Position numbers and translations under genes: made by a program
Origin: an uncultured Gemmatimonadaceae bacterium
GTDB lineage: Bacteria; Gemmatimonadota; Gemmatimonadetes; Gemmatimonadales; Gemmatimonadaceae
Assembly: GCA_963790305.1 (NCBI GenBank)
Contig: CAWBOC010000001.1
Span: 105,904 to 169,903 of the forward strand
Direction: 5' to 3'
DNA length: 64,000 bases
Notes under the pieces: model-generated
Told to the model about the DNA's origin: nothing
Seen by the model: only the letters and a program-made list of their open reading frames with translations
The model's database searches: none
Shown here: piece by piece, positions 22,429 through 32,166 of the stretch
Layout: each line of letters starts with the position of its first letter
Position numbering within the stretch: the first letter of the stretch is position 1

Positions 22429-25400
22429 TCAACCAGTAAACAGCTCTCTCTCTCGCACAAAATCTGCCAACTCACCGCGGGAACCCACGCCAAGCTTCGT
22501 AAACACGTTGGTCAAATGCGTGCTCACCGTGCGCGGTGAGATGTTGAGCGCTCGTCCGATCTCCTTGTTCGACTTGCGAGCGGTGACCAGGCGCACGATT
22601 TCGAGCTCGCGCGCGGTGAGTCCCTCGGTCCCGGCCAGCGCCGCGCGTGCCGGAGGCCGCGCACCGAGATCGCGGAGCTGCTGGCGCGCCAGCGCGAGCT
22701 CGCGGTCGGCGCCAAGCCTAACGAACACATCGTGCACGCGTCGGAGCTCGCGCGTGGCCCCCTCGCGATCGCCCGACTCGGCCAGCACGCGCGCCAGCTG
22801 CCGTCGCACCCGCGCGGCATCGGCGACCACCGGCACCGCCTCGAGCGCGGCCGCCGCGTTCCCGAGAAGCACGATGGCGCGATCCGTTTCGCCGCGCAGC
22901 ATTGCGACCAGTGCCTCGCACGCGTCGGCCCACGCCAGACCCGCGCGTTGACCGAGTCGTTCAGAATCACGCCGCAGCCGCTGACCGATCTTCTCCGCGC
23001 GCCGCAGATCACGCGCCTCGAGGGCGGACTCGGCGAGAATGGGCAACAGTCGATGCACCGCCCACACCACCGCGCCCGCCTTATCGGCGACGGCGAGCCC
23101 TGCCTCGCCAACGCGGATCGCCTCGCCGAAATTGCCGGTGAAGAGATGGTACGCCGCGAGGCCGATGTGGGCCGGCACGACCGAGTGGACGTCGCTCGGA
23201 CGCTCCGCGCCGCGTGATGCGCCCGACAGCTCCCATGCCTCGTCGATATATGCCTTCGCCCGCTCCATCTCGCCGCGACCGAGGTGCATGATCGCGCTCC
23301 ACACCAGGAGGCGCGGGAAGGGCGCACGAAGGCCGACACTACGTCCAAGGGCGATGGTGCGCTCCGCGAGCGCGAGGCCCGTCTCCCATTCCCCCGTCGC
23401 CGACGCGAGCTCGATGGCGATCTCCGCCGTCCACGCGCGGAACACTGGGGAGTCGAGCTCCTCGGCAAGCCGTTCCGCTTCCGCGAGATGGCGCGCGCAC
23501 GCCTCCGACGCTCCGGTGAGGCCTTCGAGAGTCGCCAGCGCCCACTGCGCGAGCCATTCCAGGACGCGTTGTCCCGACGCGGCAGCCAGCTCACGCGCGC
23601 TCTCGGCATGCTTGTACGCGAGCTCGGTACGACCCGTCCAGAGATAAAAGAGGAGCTGCGTGCGATGCGCGCGCGCGAGCAGCGACGCGTCGCCTAACCG
23701 CTCGGCGATTGCAATCGCTTCCGCCATCTCGCGCTCGGCATCCGCGGCGCGCCCCAGCTCCTGGAGGCACATTCCCTTGGCGAGACGTACCCGCGCCGTC
23801 ACACTCTCGGCTCCCGCCGACGTCGCGGCGTTCAGCGCGGCGTCATAGCGCTCGAGCGCCTCGTCGTGGCGTCCGCGCCAGAAGGAGGCGAGCCCGAGGC
23901 GGCGCTCGATGTCCGCCAGGCGCGCGAGGTCGTTCGAGCGTTGCGCGTGATCACGCGCCCGCTCCCAAAGCGCCACCGCCGCGTCGTACTCTCCGAGACG
24001 CTGTCGCGCGCGCGCGAGACCCTCGATAATCGCCATCTCCGCCGCGCCGTCGACAGCGCCATTTCGCGTGAGCTCGAGCGCAGCGGTGAGGTAGCTGGCC
24101 GCCTCACGATTGGCGTGCTTCGCCAGCGCCTTGCGACCGGCAAGAGAGAGATAGCGCGTCGCCTTGGGCGCGACGTCGCGCGCATCGGCGCGGGCGAAAT
24201 GGTAGGCGAGCTCATCGGCGTGCTCGTCGCCGGCGCTGCCGTAATGACGCTCGAGCGCGTCGGCGACGGTCGCGTGCAGCAGGCGCGCGCGGGCGAGCCC
24301 CATCTCCTGGTAGATCACGTCGCGGAGAATGGGGTGGGAGAAGTCGTAGACGATCTGATCGTTCTCCCGCCGCTCATCGAGGATGTGCTGCGCACGAAGC
24401 TCATCGATTGCCTCGACGAGGCCCGCGCGTGGCATTCCGACCACCGCGTCGAGCGCGTCGTAGGGGGCGCGCGTCCCGATCACCGCCGCCATCGCGGCGA
24501 CGCGTTGTGCGTTCGCGGAGAGCCGCTCGAGCCGCGTCACGACCGCTTCGCGTATCGTTCGTGGGAGATCGAGGTCGGCGATTTCCCATCCATGCCAGCT
24601 TCCATCGCGCTCGTAGAGACGGCCGGATCCTACGAGCGCCTTGAGCGTCTCTTCGACGAAGAAGGGGTTGCCGCGCGTCCACCCGTAGAGCAACGCGGCG
24701 AATTCGCGTGCGACTGCATCCGCCACGCCGAAGACCGCGTGCACGAGCTCGTCGGTGGCCGCGCGCGAGAGCGGGCCGAGGTGATGCTCGCGGGCGGCTC
24801 CAAGACCTACCAGCGACTGCCGAAGCGAGATGAGCGACGCTGATCGCTCCGGGGCTGACAAGTTGTACGTTCCGACGACCAGCACGCGCGACGTGCCGAG
24901 CTGGCGAGCGGTGAAGTGCAGCATCTCGAGCGAGGACTCATCCGCCCAGTGCAGATTCTCGAGGATGAGCAACAGCGGACGCTTCTGCGCGAGCCGCGAC
25001 AGGAGCTGGGCGAAGTTCCAGAGCAGACGTGTCTTGACCTCGCTCCCCTGATCGCTCGCACCTCGAATCGGCGCCTCGCCGGTGGCGAGCAACGGAAAGA
25101 GATGTGAGAGCTCCGAAACGGCGCCTCGCGTCAACACCGAGAGGGCTGCGGGGTCGAGCGTGCGTAGCAGAGGAAGCAGCGCGTCTGTAAAGAGGGCATA
25201 GGGAACGCCGACCTCCACGGGATAGGCGCGACCGATCGCGACGAGCCAGCCCCGCTTGGTGGCACGCTCGGCGGTCGCGAGGGCGAGTCGCGTCTTGCCC
25301 TGCCCGCCGTCTCCCTCGAGGAGCAGCGTCGTCCCCCGCCCCTTCTCGGCCGCGTCGAGGAGGCTGGCGAGCATGGACAGCTCGGTCGAGCGCCCGACGA

Positions 25401-25479
25401 GGGGGAGCGAAGGGAGTGCGCTCCCCGCTCCAGTTGGGGGTCTCAAGTGCGAATGGGGCGAGCCGGTGGTCGGGTCCAT
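22429..25479 (-). CDS. AAA-ATPase/TPR/LuxR-HTH transcriptional regulator (MalT/LAL-like)
   Basis: LVGR, GDGGQGKT, ENLHWAD, GNPFF and a C-terminal LTARELEIV..SNKEIG..ISPRTVSTHL HTH. Confidence 0.92.
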   Translation of the reverse strand: MDPTTGSPHSHLRPPTGAGSALPSLPLVGRSTELSMLASLLDAAEKGRGTTLLLEGDGGQGKTRLALATAERATKRGWLVAIGRAYPVEVGVPYALFTDALLPLLRTLDPAALSVLTRGAVSELSHLFPLLATGEAPIRGASDQGSEVKTRLLWNFAQLLSRLAQKRPLLLILENLHWADESSLEMLHFTARQLGTSRVLVVGTYNLSAPERSASLISLRQSLVGLGAAREHHLGPLSRAATDELVHAVFGVADAVAREFAALLYGWTRGNPFFVEETLKALVGSGRLYERDGSWHGWEIADLDLPRTIREAVVTRLERLSANAQRVAAMAAVIGTRAPYDALDAVVGMPRAGLVEAIDELRAQHILDERRENDQIVYDFSHPILRDVIYQEMGLARARLLHATVADALERHYGSAGDEHADELAYHFARADARDVAPKATRYLSLAGRKALAKHANREAASYLTAALELTRNGAVDGAAEMAIIEGLARARQRLGEYDAAVALWERARDHAQRSNDLARLADIERRLGLASFWRGRHDEALERYDAALNAATSAGAESVTARVRLAKGMCLQELGRAADAEREMAEAIAIAERLGDASLLARAHRTQLLFYLWTGRTELAYKHAESARELAAASGQRVLEWLAQWALATLEGLTGASEACARHLAEAERLAEELDSPVFRAWTAEIAIELASATGEWETGLALAERTIALGRSVGLRAPFPRLLVWSAIMHLGRGEMERAKAYIDEAWELSGASRGAERPSDVHSVVPAHIGLAAYHLFTGNFGEAIRVGEAGLAVADKAGAVVWAVHRLLPILAESALEARDLRRAEKIGQRLRRDSERLGQRAGLAWADACEALVAMLRGETDRAIVLLGNAAAALEAVPVVADAARVRRQLARVLAESGDREGATRELRRVHDVFVRLGADRELALARQQLRDLGARPPARAALAGTEGLTARELEIVRLVTARKSNKEIGRALNISPRTVSTHLTNVFTKLGVGSRGELADFVRERELFTG

Positions 25480-25610
25480 CGTCGGATTCCCGAGAGGTGG
25501 GCGTGACGATCATAGCCGGCCCACGCCCTAGCCGCCAGACGTTTCGAGGAAGCGCTGCGCCGGGAGTGCCATCGCGGCGATGTACTCCCGGCACCACGTG
25601 TCCCCGCTGC

Positions 25611-26268
25611 CTAACGCGCCTCCGGCGCCGTGCGCACGCTGACCGTGGGTGACGTCGACGGCGGGTCGCTGGCCGGGAACGACGCCTCGCCCATCTCGTC
25701 CAGCGTCGCCTGCTGAAGGGCGCGGCCGAAGACCTGAAGCGATTTCTCGCTGAAGGCCGGAAGGTCGGGCACGTTCCGGCTCGTCACGAGCTGCTGATCG
25801 ACCTGCACCATCTGATCGACCCAGGTGCCGCCGGCATTCTTGATGTCCGTGCGCAAGCTGGGGTACGAGGTGACCGTCCGTCCGCGGAGCACGTCCGCCT
25901 CGACGAGGAGCCACAGCGCGTGACAGATGGCTGCCACTGGCTTGTCGGCGAAGAAGAAGTCCCGAACGAAGCGCACGGCGCCCTCGTTCATCCGGAGCTT
26001 GTCGGGGTTGGCGACTCCGCCCGGGAGAACCAGACCGACGTAGTCACTCGACGACGCATTCTCGACAAGCCGGTCGACGCGGAAGGTCTTCCCCTTGTCC
26101 ATGCCGTTCATCGATTGAATTTCCCCTTCCTTGATGGAGAGGAGATGCACCTCGGCCCCCGCACGCTCGAACGCCTCGCGCGGTTGCGGTCAGCTCCGCT
26201 TCGTTGACGCCGTCGGTGGCGAGGAAGGCAACTTTTTTTCCCTGGAGAGATCCCTGCATGGCGTCCAT
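25611..26268 (-). CDS. PfpI/DJ-1 family glutamine amidotransferase-like protein (indel near 26185)
   Basis: KKVAFLATDG, LPGGVANPDKLR, AAICHA, LVTSR. Confidence 0.88.
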
Positions 26269-26365
26269 CCTGTCGGCTTGGAGAGGCAGCCTATTGGTTC
26301 ACGTTTTGGGCCAGTGGCGACGGCAGCATCACTACTAGCACTCCAGGTTCACCCACAGCGAACCG

Positions 26366-27518
26366 TCACTCCCGGGGAGGCGAAATCCCATACTTCGCGA
26401 GCACTCGCCTCACCTCGTCCAGCGAAATTGCCTCGACCTTCGCCCCATTCCCTTCAACCGTCGTCGCCGTAAAGAGCGAGTTGTAGATGGCTTCCTCGGT
26501 CGCCTCGATCACCGCCTGAAAGAGCGCCGACGCCTGTTCATTCGCGAGCTCGGTCGTCGCGAGACGCTCGGCGTCCCACGCCCGGCGGACGGCGCGCGAC
26601 GTAGAAAATGCGATTGCGTAGTCGCCGGATCCGCTCGAGGCCGAGCGCGCCCGTGCGACCGAGCCCCATCATCGTCCGGGCGGCGAGACGCCGAAGGTTC
26701 CTATCCGAGAGCGGCGCGTCAGTGGCAACCACGATCATGATCGAGCCATCGCCGCGCTCCACGGCGTCCTTGAACGCATACCGCCCCAACTCTCGGCCCA
26801 CCGGAGCGCCCAGCACCTGAAGAACGCCGCCGAAGTTCGATTGTACCAGCACACCCACCGTCCAGCCACCCAGCGATGTCGGGAGCACACGGGACGACGT
26901 CCCGACGCCGCCTTTCCATCCAAAGGCGATGGTTCCGGTTCCCGCGCCGACGCTGCCCTCCGCCACCGGCCCGGTTCGCGCGCTCTCGAGGGCGCGACGA
27001 ACCGCCGCGACGTCGACGGGCCGCGCTCGGATCGCATTCAGCCGCCCATCGTTCGTTTCGCCGACGACCGGGTTGATCGATCGCACGCGCTCCATACCCG
27101 GGCGCGCCAGCATCCACTCGACGAGGCCGTCAGCGGCGCGCCATACGCATAACGTGCAGGTCAACAGAATTGGAGTCTCGAGCTCTCCGAGCTCCTCGAC
27201 TTGCGTCACGCCGAGCAGCTTGCCGAATCCGTTGCCGACGTAGATCGCGGCGGGTACGCGCTCGAGAAACGCGTTGCCCTCGTGCGGGAGAATCGCGGTG
27301 ACGCCGGTTCGCACCGAATCGCCGACGATCAGAGTTGCATGGCCGACGCGAACTCCCGCAACGTCGGTAATGGCGTTCGCGGGACCGGCAGGAAAGATGC
27401 CGGGCGCGATGCCCAACGCTCTCGCGCGTGCGCGTCCCTGAGCTACCGTCGCTTCCTGCGCGGCCAAGGTGTTAACCGCCAGCAATACCGCGAGAATGCC
27501 TGTCGTGAAAGCGCGCAT
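26366..27518 (-). CDS. DmpA/P1 (S58) aminopeptidase, secreted (indel near 26645)
   Basis: NAITDVAGVRVG, NGFGKL.G, GETNDG, GWKGGVGTSSR, GSIM autoproteolysis site, GSGD, EEAIYNSL. Confidence 0.9.
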
Positions 27519-27750
27519 ACACCGTCCCATTGCATAGGAACATGAAGCATTTCAACTCCGAGTACAGAAGCGCAGCGCCGCCGTCTTGTCACTTTCCCTA
27601 CATCCGCGAAACGCTTACCCTAACCACGACTCGACCGTACTTCTGTTGACAAGTTGTTCCCCCCCGTCGCATATAAGCCACACTATCACCCGCATCTATC
27701 CCCGCGTCGCCCTAGTCGTCGCGGGCCCCCACCCTTTCGCGGGAGGTCCT

Positions 27751-30684
27751 GTGCGAAAACCTGCTTTGTGGGCCGTTGCGACAGCGCTCTTCATCCTGCT
27801 TCCATCTGTAGCTGACGCGCAACGCCGGATTACCGGCCGCGTGACGGCCGAAGGCGGTGAGCCATTGCTGGGCGCCAGCGTGCAAGTGGTGGGGACACCA
27901 CTCGGTGCGCATACGAACGAGCGCGGCGAGTTCGCGCTCAATGCGCCCGCGGGCGCGCTCTCACTACGATTCCGGCGGCTCGGCTACAAGGGCAACGTCG
28001 TCCCGGTGGCGCCCGACCGCAACGAGGTGAACGTCACACTCGAGCGTGACGTGCTTCAGCTCGAGGAGCAAGTGATCACCGGTGAAGCCACCTCGGTGGC
28101 ACGCCAGAATCTGGCCAACGATGTGGCCACCGTCAGCGTGGAGGACCTGACTCGCGCGCCGGCCCCAACGATCGACAATGCGCTACAGGGGAAGATCGCC
28201 GGCGCAACGATCTCCTCGAACTCCGGCGCGCCCGGCGGCGGAATCCAGGTGCAGCTGCGCGGCGTCACGACGATCAAGGCGTCGATCGACCCGCTGTATG
28301 TCATCGACGGCGTCGTTATCTCGAACGATGCGATCCCCTCGGGCGCCAACGCCATCACCGCGGCGGCCGCGGGGGGCAACGCATCGCCTCAGGACAACGC
28401 GGTCAACCGCGTCGCCGACATCAATCCGAACGACATCGAGCGCATCGAGGTGCTGAAGGGCGCCTCCGCCTCAGCCCTCTACGGAGCGAAAGCGGCGAAT
28501 GGCGTCATCATCCTCACGACCAAGCGGGGCTCGAGCGGTCGCACACAGTTCAGCGTCCTCCAGCGCGTCGGCGTGTTCGACCTGTCGAACAAGCTCGGTT
28601 CGCGCGACTGGACCCTCTCGGACGCCCTCGACGCATTCGGTGGAACTCCGTCGCGCGACGCGGAGATCACGCGGCAGTTCAACAATGGCAAGATGGACAT
28701 CGAGGAGGAGCTCTACGGAGCGAACGATCTCTCGCACGAGACCATCGTCAGCGCGCGCGGCGGTTCCGGGCAGACGAGCTTCTTCGTCTCCGGTCTGCTG
28801 AAGCGGGACGCCGGCATCCTGAACGGAACCGGGTATACCAAGCGTTCGATGCGCGCGAATCTGACCCAGGGCATTGGGAACCGCATCACCCTCGATGTCA
28901 CGACCAACATCATGGGGGCGCTCACACAACGTGCGCTGAGCAACAATGACAACAGCGGCACGAGCTTCTACATGGTGCTGCCGTTCACGCCAAGCTTCGC
29001 CGACCTCAAGCCCGAGAACGGCATCTATCCGGACAACCAGTTCGAGCGCAGCAATCCATTCGAGACGCGCGACAAGCTCACCAACGAGGAGAACGTCTAC
29101 CGCTTCATCGGCTCGGCGAACATGCGCTGGTCCGTTCTCGCGAACGAGCGGCAGAGTCTGACCATCAGCGGGATCGGCGGGGCCGATCAGTTCAGTCAGA
29201 AGAACGACATCGTATCGCCGCGCGAGCTTCAGTTCGAGCCGCAAGACGGATTGCCGGGAACGACCGTGCGCGGCAACGCGACGAACGTCAACTCGAACTT
29301 CGCGCTGACGGCCGTGCACCAGTTCTTCCCGTCGTCGCGCGCCTTTTCGACCACGACGTCGGCCGGCGTGCAGCAGAGCCGGGCGTATCAATCGATCGGC
29401 GTAGTCACCGTGCGCGATGTCCTGTCGGGCCAGGGCAACATCGACCGTGGCTCCAGCGCCGACGTCTTCGAGGACCAGAAGCTCACGAAGGACTTTGCGG
29501 TTTTCGGCCAGGAAGAGGTCCTCGCGCTCGACGAGAGACTCCTCCTCACGGTCGGTGGCCGGGCCGAGCGGAACAGCAACAACGGGGATGACGAAAAGTT
29601 CTTCTTTTTCCCGAAGGCGTCCGCGTCGTTCCGTCTCCTCGAGCTCGGCAACCTGCTGAACGAAGTCAAGCTGCGCGCGGCGTGGGGCCAGTCGGGGAAT
29701 CAGCCCGTGTACGGCATGAAGTTCACGAGCTACCTGTCCGGCGCGTACGATGCGCGAAATGCGCTGCAAACGAATCTTGTCGCCGGCGACCCGGACATTC
29801 AGCCGGAGCGCCAGACGGAGCTCGAAGGTGGGTTTGATGCGACACTGTGGGGTGGCCGTTCCTCGCTGACCCTCACGGTATATCAGAAGACCATCGACGA
29901 CCTGATTCTCGAGCGCACGGCGGCGCCGTCGAGCGGATTTCAGACACAGCTCTTCAACGGCGGGCAGCTGCGAAACCGCGGACTCGAGGCGGAGCTGGCC
30001 GTGACGCCGCTCCAACGCGGTAACCTCACGTGGATCTCGCGCGCCATCTTCTCGCGCAATCGCAGCGAGATCACCGAACTGCCCGTGCCCACGTTCCAGA
30101 CGGGCGGGTTCGGCACCTCGCTCGGCGCCATGCAAATCGAACAGGGCAAGTCGGCGACGCAGATCGTCGGTAACGACACGGTCGGCGGCGCGCTGGTCAC
30201 CGTACAGTTAGGCGATGTCATGCCGGACTTCCAGATGGGCTTCTCGAACGAGCTCACGGTGGGCCCGTTCCGCGCTTTCGGTCTCCTCGATTGGAAAAAG
30301 GGCGGTGACATCATCAACCTCACCGAGCTCCTGTACGACGCGGGCAGCAACAGTGAGGACTATGAGGAGGGCGCCCGTCGCATCACCGACTGGGCCGTGC
30401 GCGGATTGACGCGACCGTTCATTCAGGACGGCTCGTACGTGAAGCTGCGCGAGGTGACGCTGAGCTACACGCTCTCGGAAAACCTCGTGGGCACGCTGTT
30501 CCGAGGGCAGGCACGTGGCGCGAGGATCGAGCTGAGCGGCCGCAACCTGTACACCTGGACTGACTACCGCGGCCTCGATCCCGAAGTCTCGAACTTCGGC
30601 AACCAGGCAATCGCGCGAAACATCGACGTCGCTCCGTATCCGCCGAGTCGCAGCTTCTTCTTCAGCCTCGGCGTGGACTTCTGA
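27751..30684 (+). CDS. SusC/RagA-type TonB-dependent outer membrane transporter
   Basis: Carboxypeptidase-like N-domain, PLYVIDGV, INPNDIERIEVLKGASASALYG..AANGVI.TTKRG, C-terminal F. Confidence 0.95.
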   Translation: MRKPALWAVATALFILLPSVADAQRRITGRVTAEGGEPLLGASVQVVGTPLGAHTNERGEFALNAPAGALSLRFRRLGYKGNVVPVAPDRNEVNVTLERDVLQLEEQVITGEATSVARQNLANDVATVSVEDLTRAPAPTIDNALQGKIAGATISSNSGAPGGGIQVQLRGVTTIKASIDPLYVIDGVVISNDAIPSGANAITAAAAGGNASPQDNAVNRVADINPNDIERIEVLKGASASALYGAKAANGVIILTTKRGSSGRTQFSVLQRVGVFDLSNKLGSRDWTLSDALDAFGGTPSRDAEITRQFNNGKMDIEEELYGANDLSHETIVSARGGSGQTSFFVSGLLKRDAGILNGTGYTKRSMRANLTQGIGNRITLDVTTNIMGALTQRALSNNDNSGTSFYMVLPFTPSFADLKPENGIYPDNQFERSNPFETRDKLTNEENVYRFIGSANMRWSVLANERQSLTISGIGGADQFSQKNDIVSPRELQFEPQDGLPGTTVRGNATNVNSNFALTAVHQFFPSSRAFSTTTSAGVQQSRAYQSIGVVTVRDVLSGQGNIDRGSSADVFEDQKLTKDFAVFGQEEVLALDERLLLTVGGRAERNSNNGDDEKFFFFPKASASFRLLELGNLLNEVKLRAAWGQSGNQPVYGMKFTSYLSGAYDARNALQTNLVAGDPDIQPERQTELEGGFDATLWGGRSSLTLTVYQKTIDDLILERTAAPSSGFQTQLFNGGQLRNRGLEAELAVTPLQRGNLTWISRAIFSRNRSEITELPVPTFQTGGFGTSLGAMQIEQGKSATQIVGNDTVGGALVTVQLGDVMPDFQMGFSNELTVGPFRAFGLLDWKKGGDIINLTELLYDAGSNSEDYEEGARRITDWAVRGLTRPFIQDGSYVKLREVTLSYTLSENLVGTLFRGQARGARIELSGRNLYTWTDYRGLDPEVSNFGNQAIARNIDVAPYPPSRSFFFSLGVDF

Positions 30685-30686
30685 CC

Positions 30687-32081
30687 ATGAAAATACACAT
30701 TGACCACGCGAACCTCGCGACAGGAGCAAGACGCGTTATGCGCCGTTCCCTGCTCGTGCTGATCGTGGGTGTCTCGGTGACGACCGCGTGTCAGGACACG
30801 ACCGTCCCGAACCTCAACGATCCTATCATCGACGACTTCATCTCCAACCCGACGCCGGCGCAGGTGCAGGCAATGGCGTACGGACTCCTGTTTGGCTCGC
30901 GCGCCGATATCGGACCGGTCATCCGGGACTCGGAAATCATCGGCCGCGATGCCTACAACCTCGACCCTGCCGACCCACGCTGGGTCGATCAGCTCCTCGG
31001 CCCGAATCTCGACGACGCCGACTTTGGTGCGAACCATTGGCTATTGAGATATCGCAACATCAAGGCGGCGAACATCCTCCTCGAATCCGTCGAGACGTCG
31101 GCCGAATTCAGTGCGCAGGAGAAGGCCGCAACGCGAGGATTCGCGAGAACCATCAAGGGGCTCGACCTGCTCTATCTGGCGGAGACGCGCGGCGCACTCG
31201 GCATCGCGTCCGATGCCGGCCGTACAGTGGATGACCTCGCGCCCATCATTTGCGCCCCCGCGGCACTGACCCGGATCGCAGCCGTGCTCGACAGCGCATA
31301 TGCCGATCTGCTGGCGGGCGGTTCTGCGTTCCCGTTCGTTGACACGCCGATCGAAGGGCTCGAGTCGTTCAGCACGCCCGCGACCTTCGCGCGCGTCAAT
31401 CGTGCCCTGAAGGCGAAGGTGGAGAACTATCGCGGACAGTATGCGTCTGCGCTGACCGCCCTGGGACAGTCGTTCGTCTCGACGACCGAGTCGCTCGATC
31501 TGGGCGCGTACTTCGCCTTCAGCCTCGGCGCGGGCGACATTCAGAATCCGCTCTATCAGGACACCGCATCGACGAACTTTCGCGTGCACCGCTCGGTCGT
31601 CACGCAGGCCGAGGCAGGCGATCGGCGCCGCGCGGAGAAGGTCGCGACGAGCGAGCTGCGAACCTGGCCCAGCGAGCCAAACGTGGTGTCGGAATACGTC
31701 TTTACCGTGTACGATGGCCCGACGGCGCCAGTTCCGATCATCCAGAACGAGGAGCTGATCCTGCTGCGCGCGGAGGCACGATGGTTTGGCGGCGACAAGC
31801 TGGGAGCCGTCGGTGACATCAACTTCATCCGCCAGACCGCCGGCGGGCTCGGACCAAGCACGGTAACGATCGCGAGCACCAATGCGCAATTCGTGGACGA
31901 GCTGCTGCGACAAAAGCGCTACTCGCTGCTGTGGGAGAGCACCTCGCACTGGGTCGATGCACGGCGCTTCAGCCGGTTGGGGACCCTTCCGCGTGATGGT
32001 GCCGCGCACGTCGTGCATGCAGCCTTCCCGATTCCAGAGGACGAGGCACTGGCGCGTGGCGGGACCGCGACCTGTCAATAG
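30687..32081 (+). CDS. SusD/RagB-type outer membrane lipoprotein
   Basis: Lipobox VTTAC, EELILLRAEA, HWVDARRF, FPIP.DE; directly follows susC. Confidence 0.9.
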   Translation: MKIHIDHANLATGARRVMRRSLLVLIVGVSVTTACQDTTVPNLNDPIIDDFISNPTPAQVQAMAYGLLFGSRADIGPVIRDSEIIGRDAYNLDPADPRWVDQLLGPNLDDADFGANHWLLRYRNIKAANILLESVETSAEFSAQEKAATRGFARTIKGLDLLYLAETRGALGIASDAGRTVDDLAPIICAPAALTRIAAVLDSAYADLLAGGSAFPFVDTPIEGLESFSTPATFARVNRALKAKVENYRGQYASALTALGQSFVSTTESLDLGAYFAFSLGAGDIQNPLYQDTASTNFRVHRSVVTQAEAGDRRRAEKVATSELRTWPSEPNVVSEYVFTVYDGPTAPVPIIQNEELILLRAEARWFGGDKLGAVGDINFIRQTAGGLGPSTVTIASTNAQFVDELLRQKRYSLLWESTSHWVDARRFSRLGTLPRDGAAHVVHAAFPIPEDEALARGGTATCQ

Positions 32082-32107
32082 CGCAGGCGACCGCCGTTAG
32101 GCTGGCA

Positions 32108-32144
32108 GAAGCCTCCGGGATTCAGTAAATCCCGGGGGCTTTTT
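32108..32144 (+). terminator. Rho-independent terminator after susD
   Basis: AAGCCTCCGGGA...TCCCGGGGGCTTTTT. Confidence 0.7.
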
Positions 32145-32166
32145 CCGGCCCCTCACTCGTGCACCG

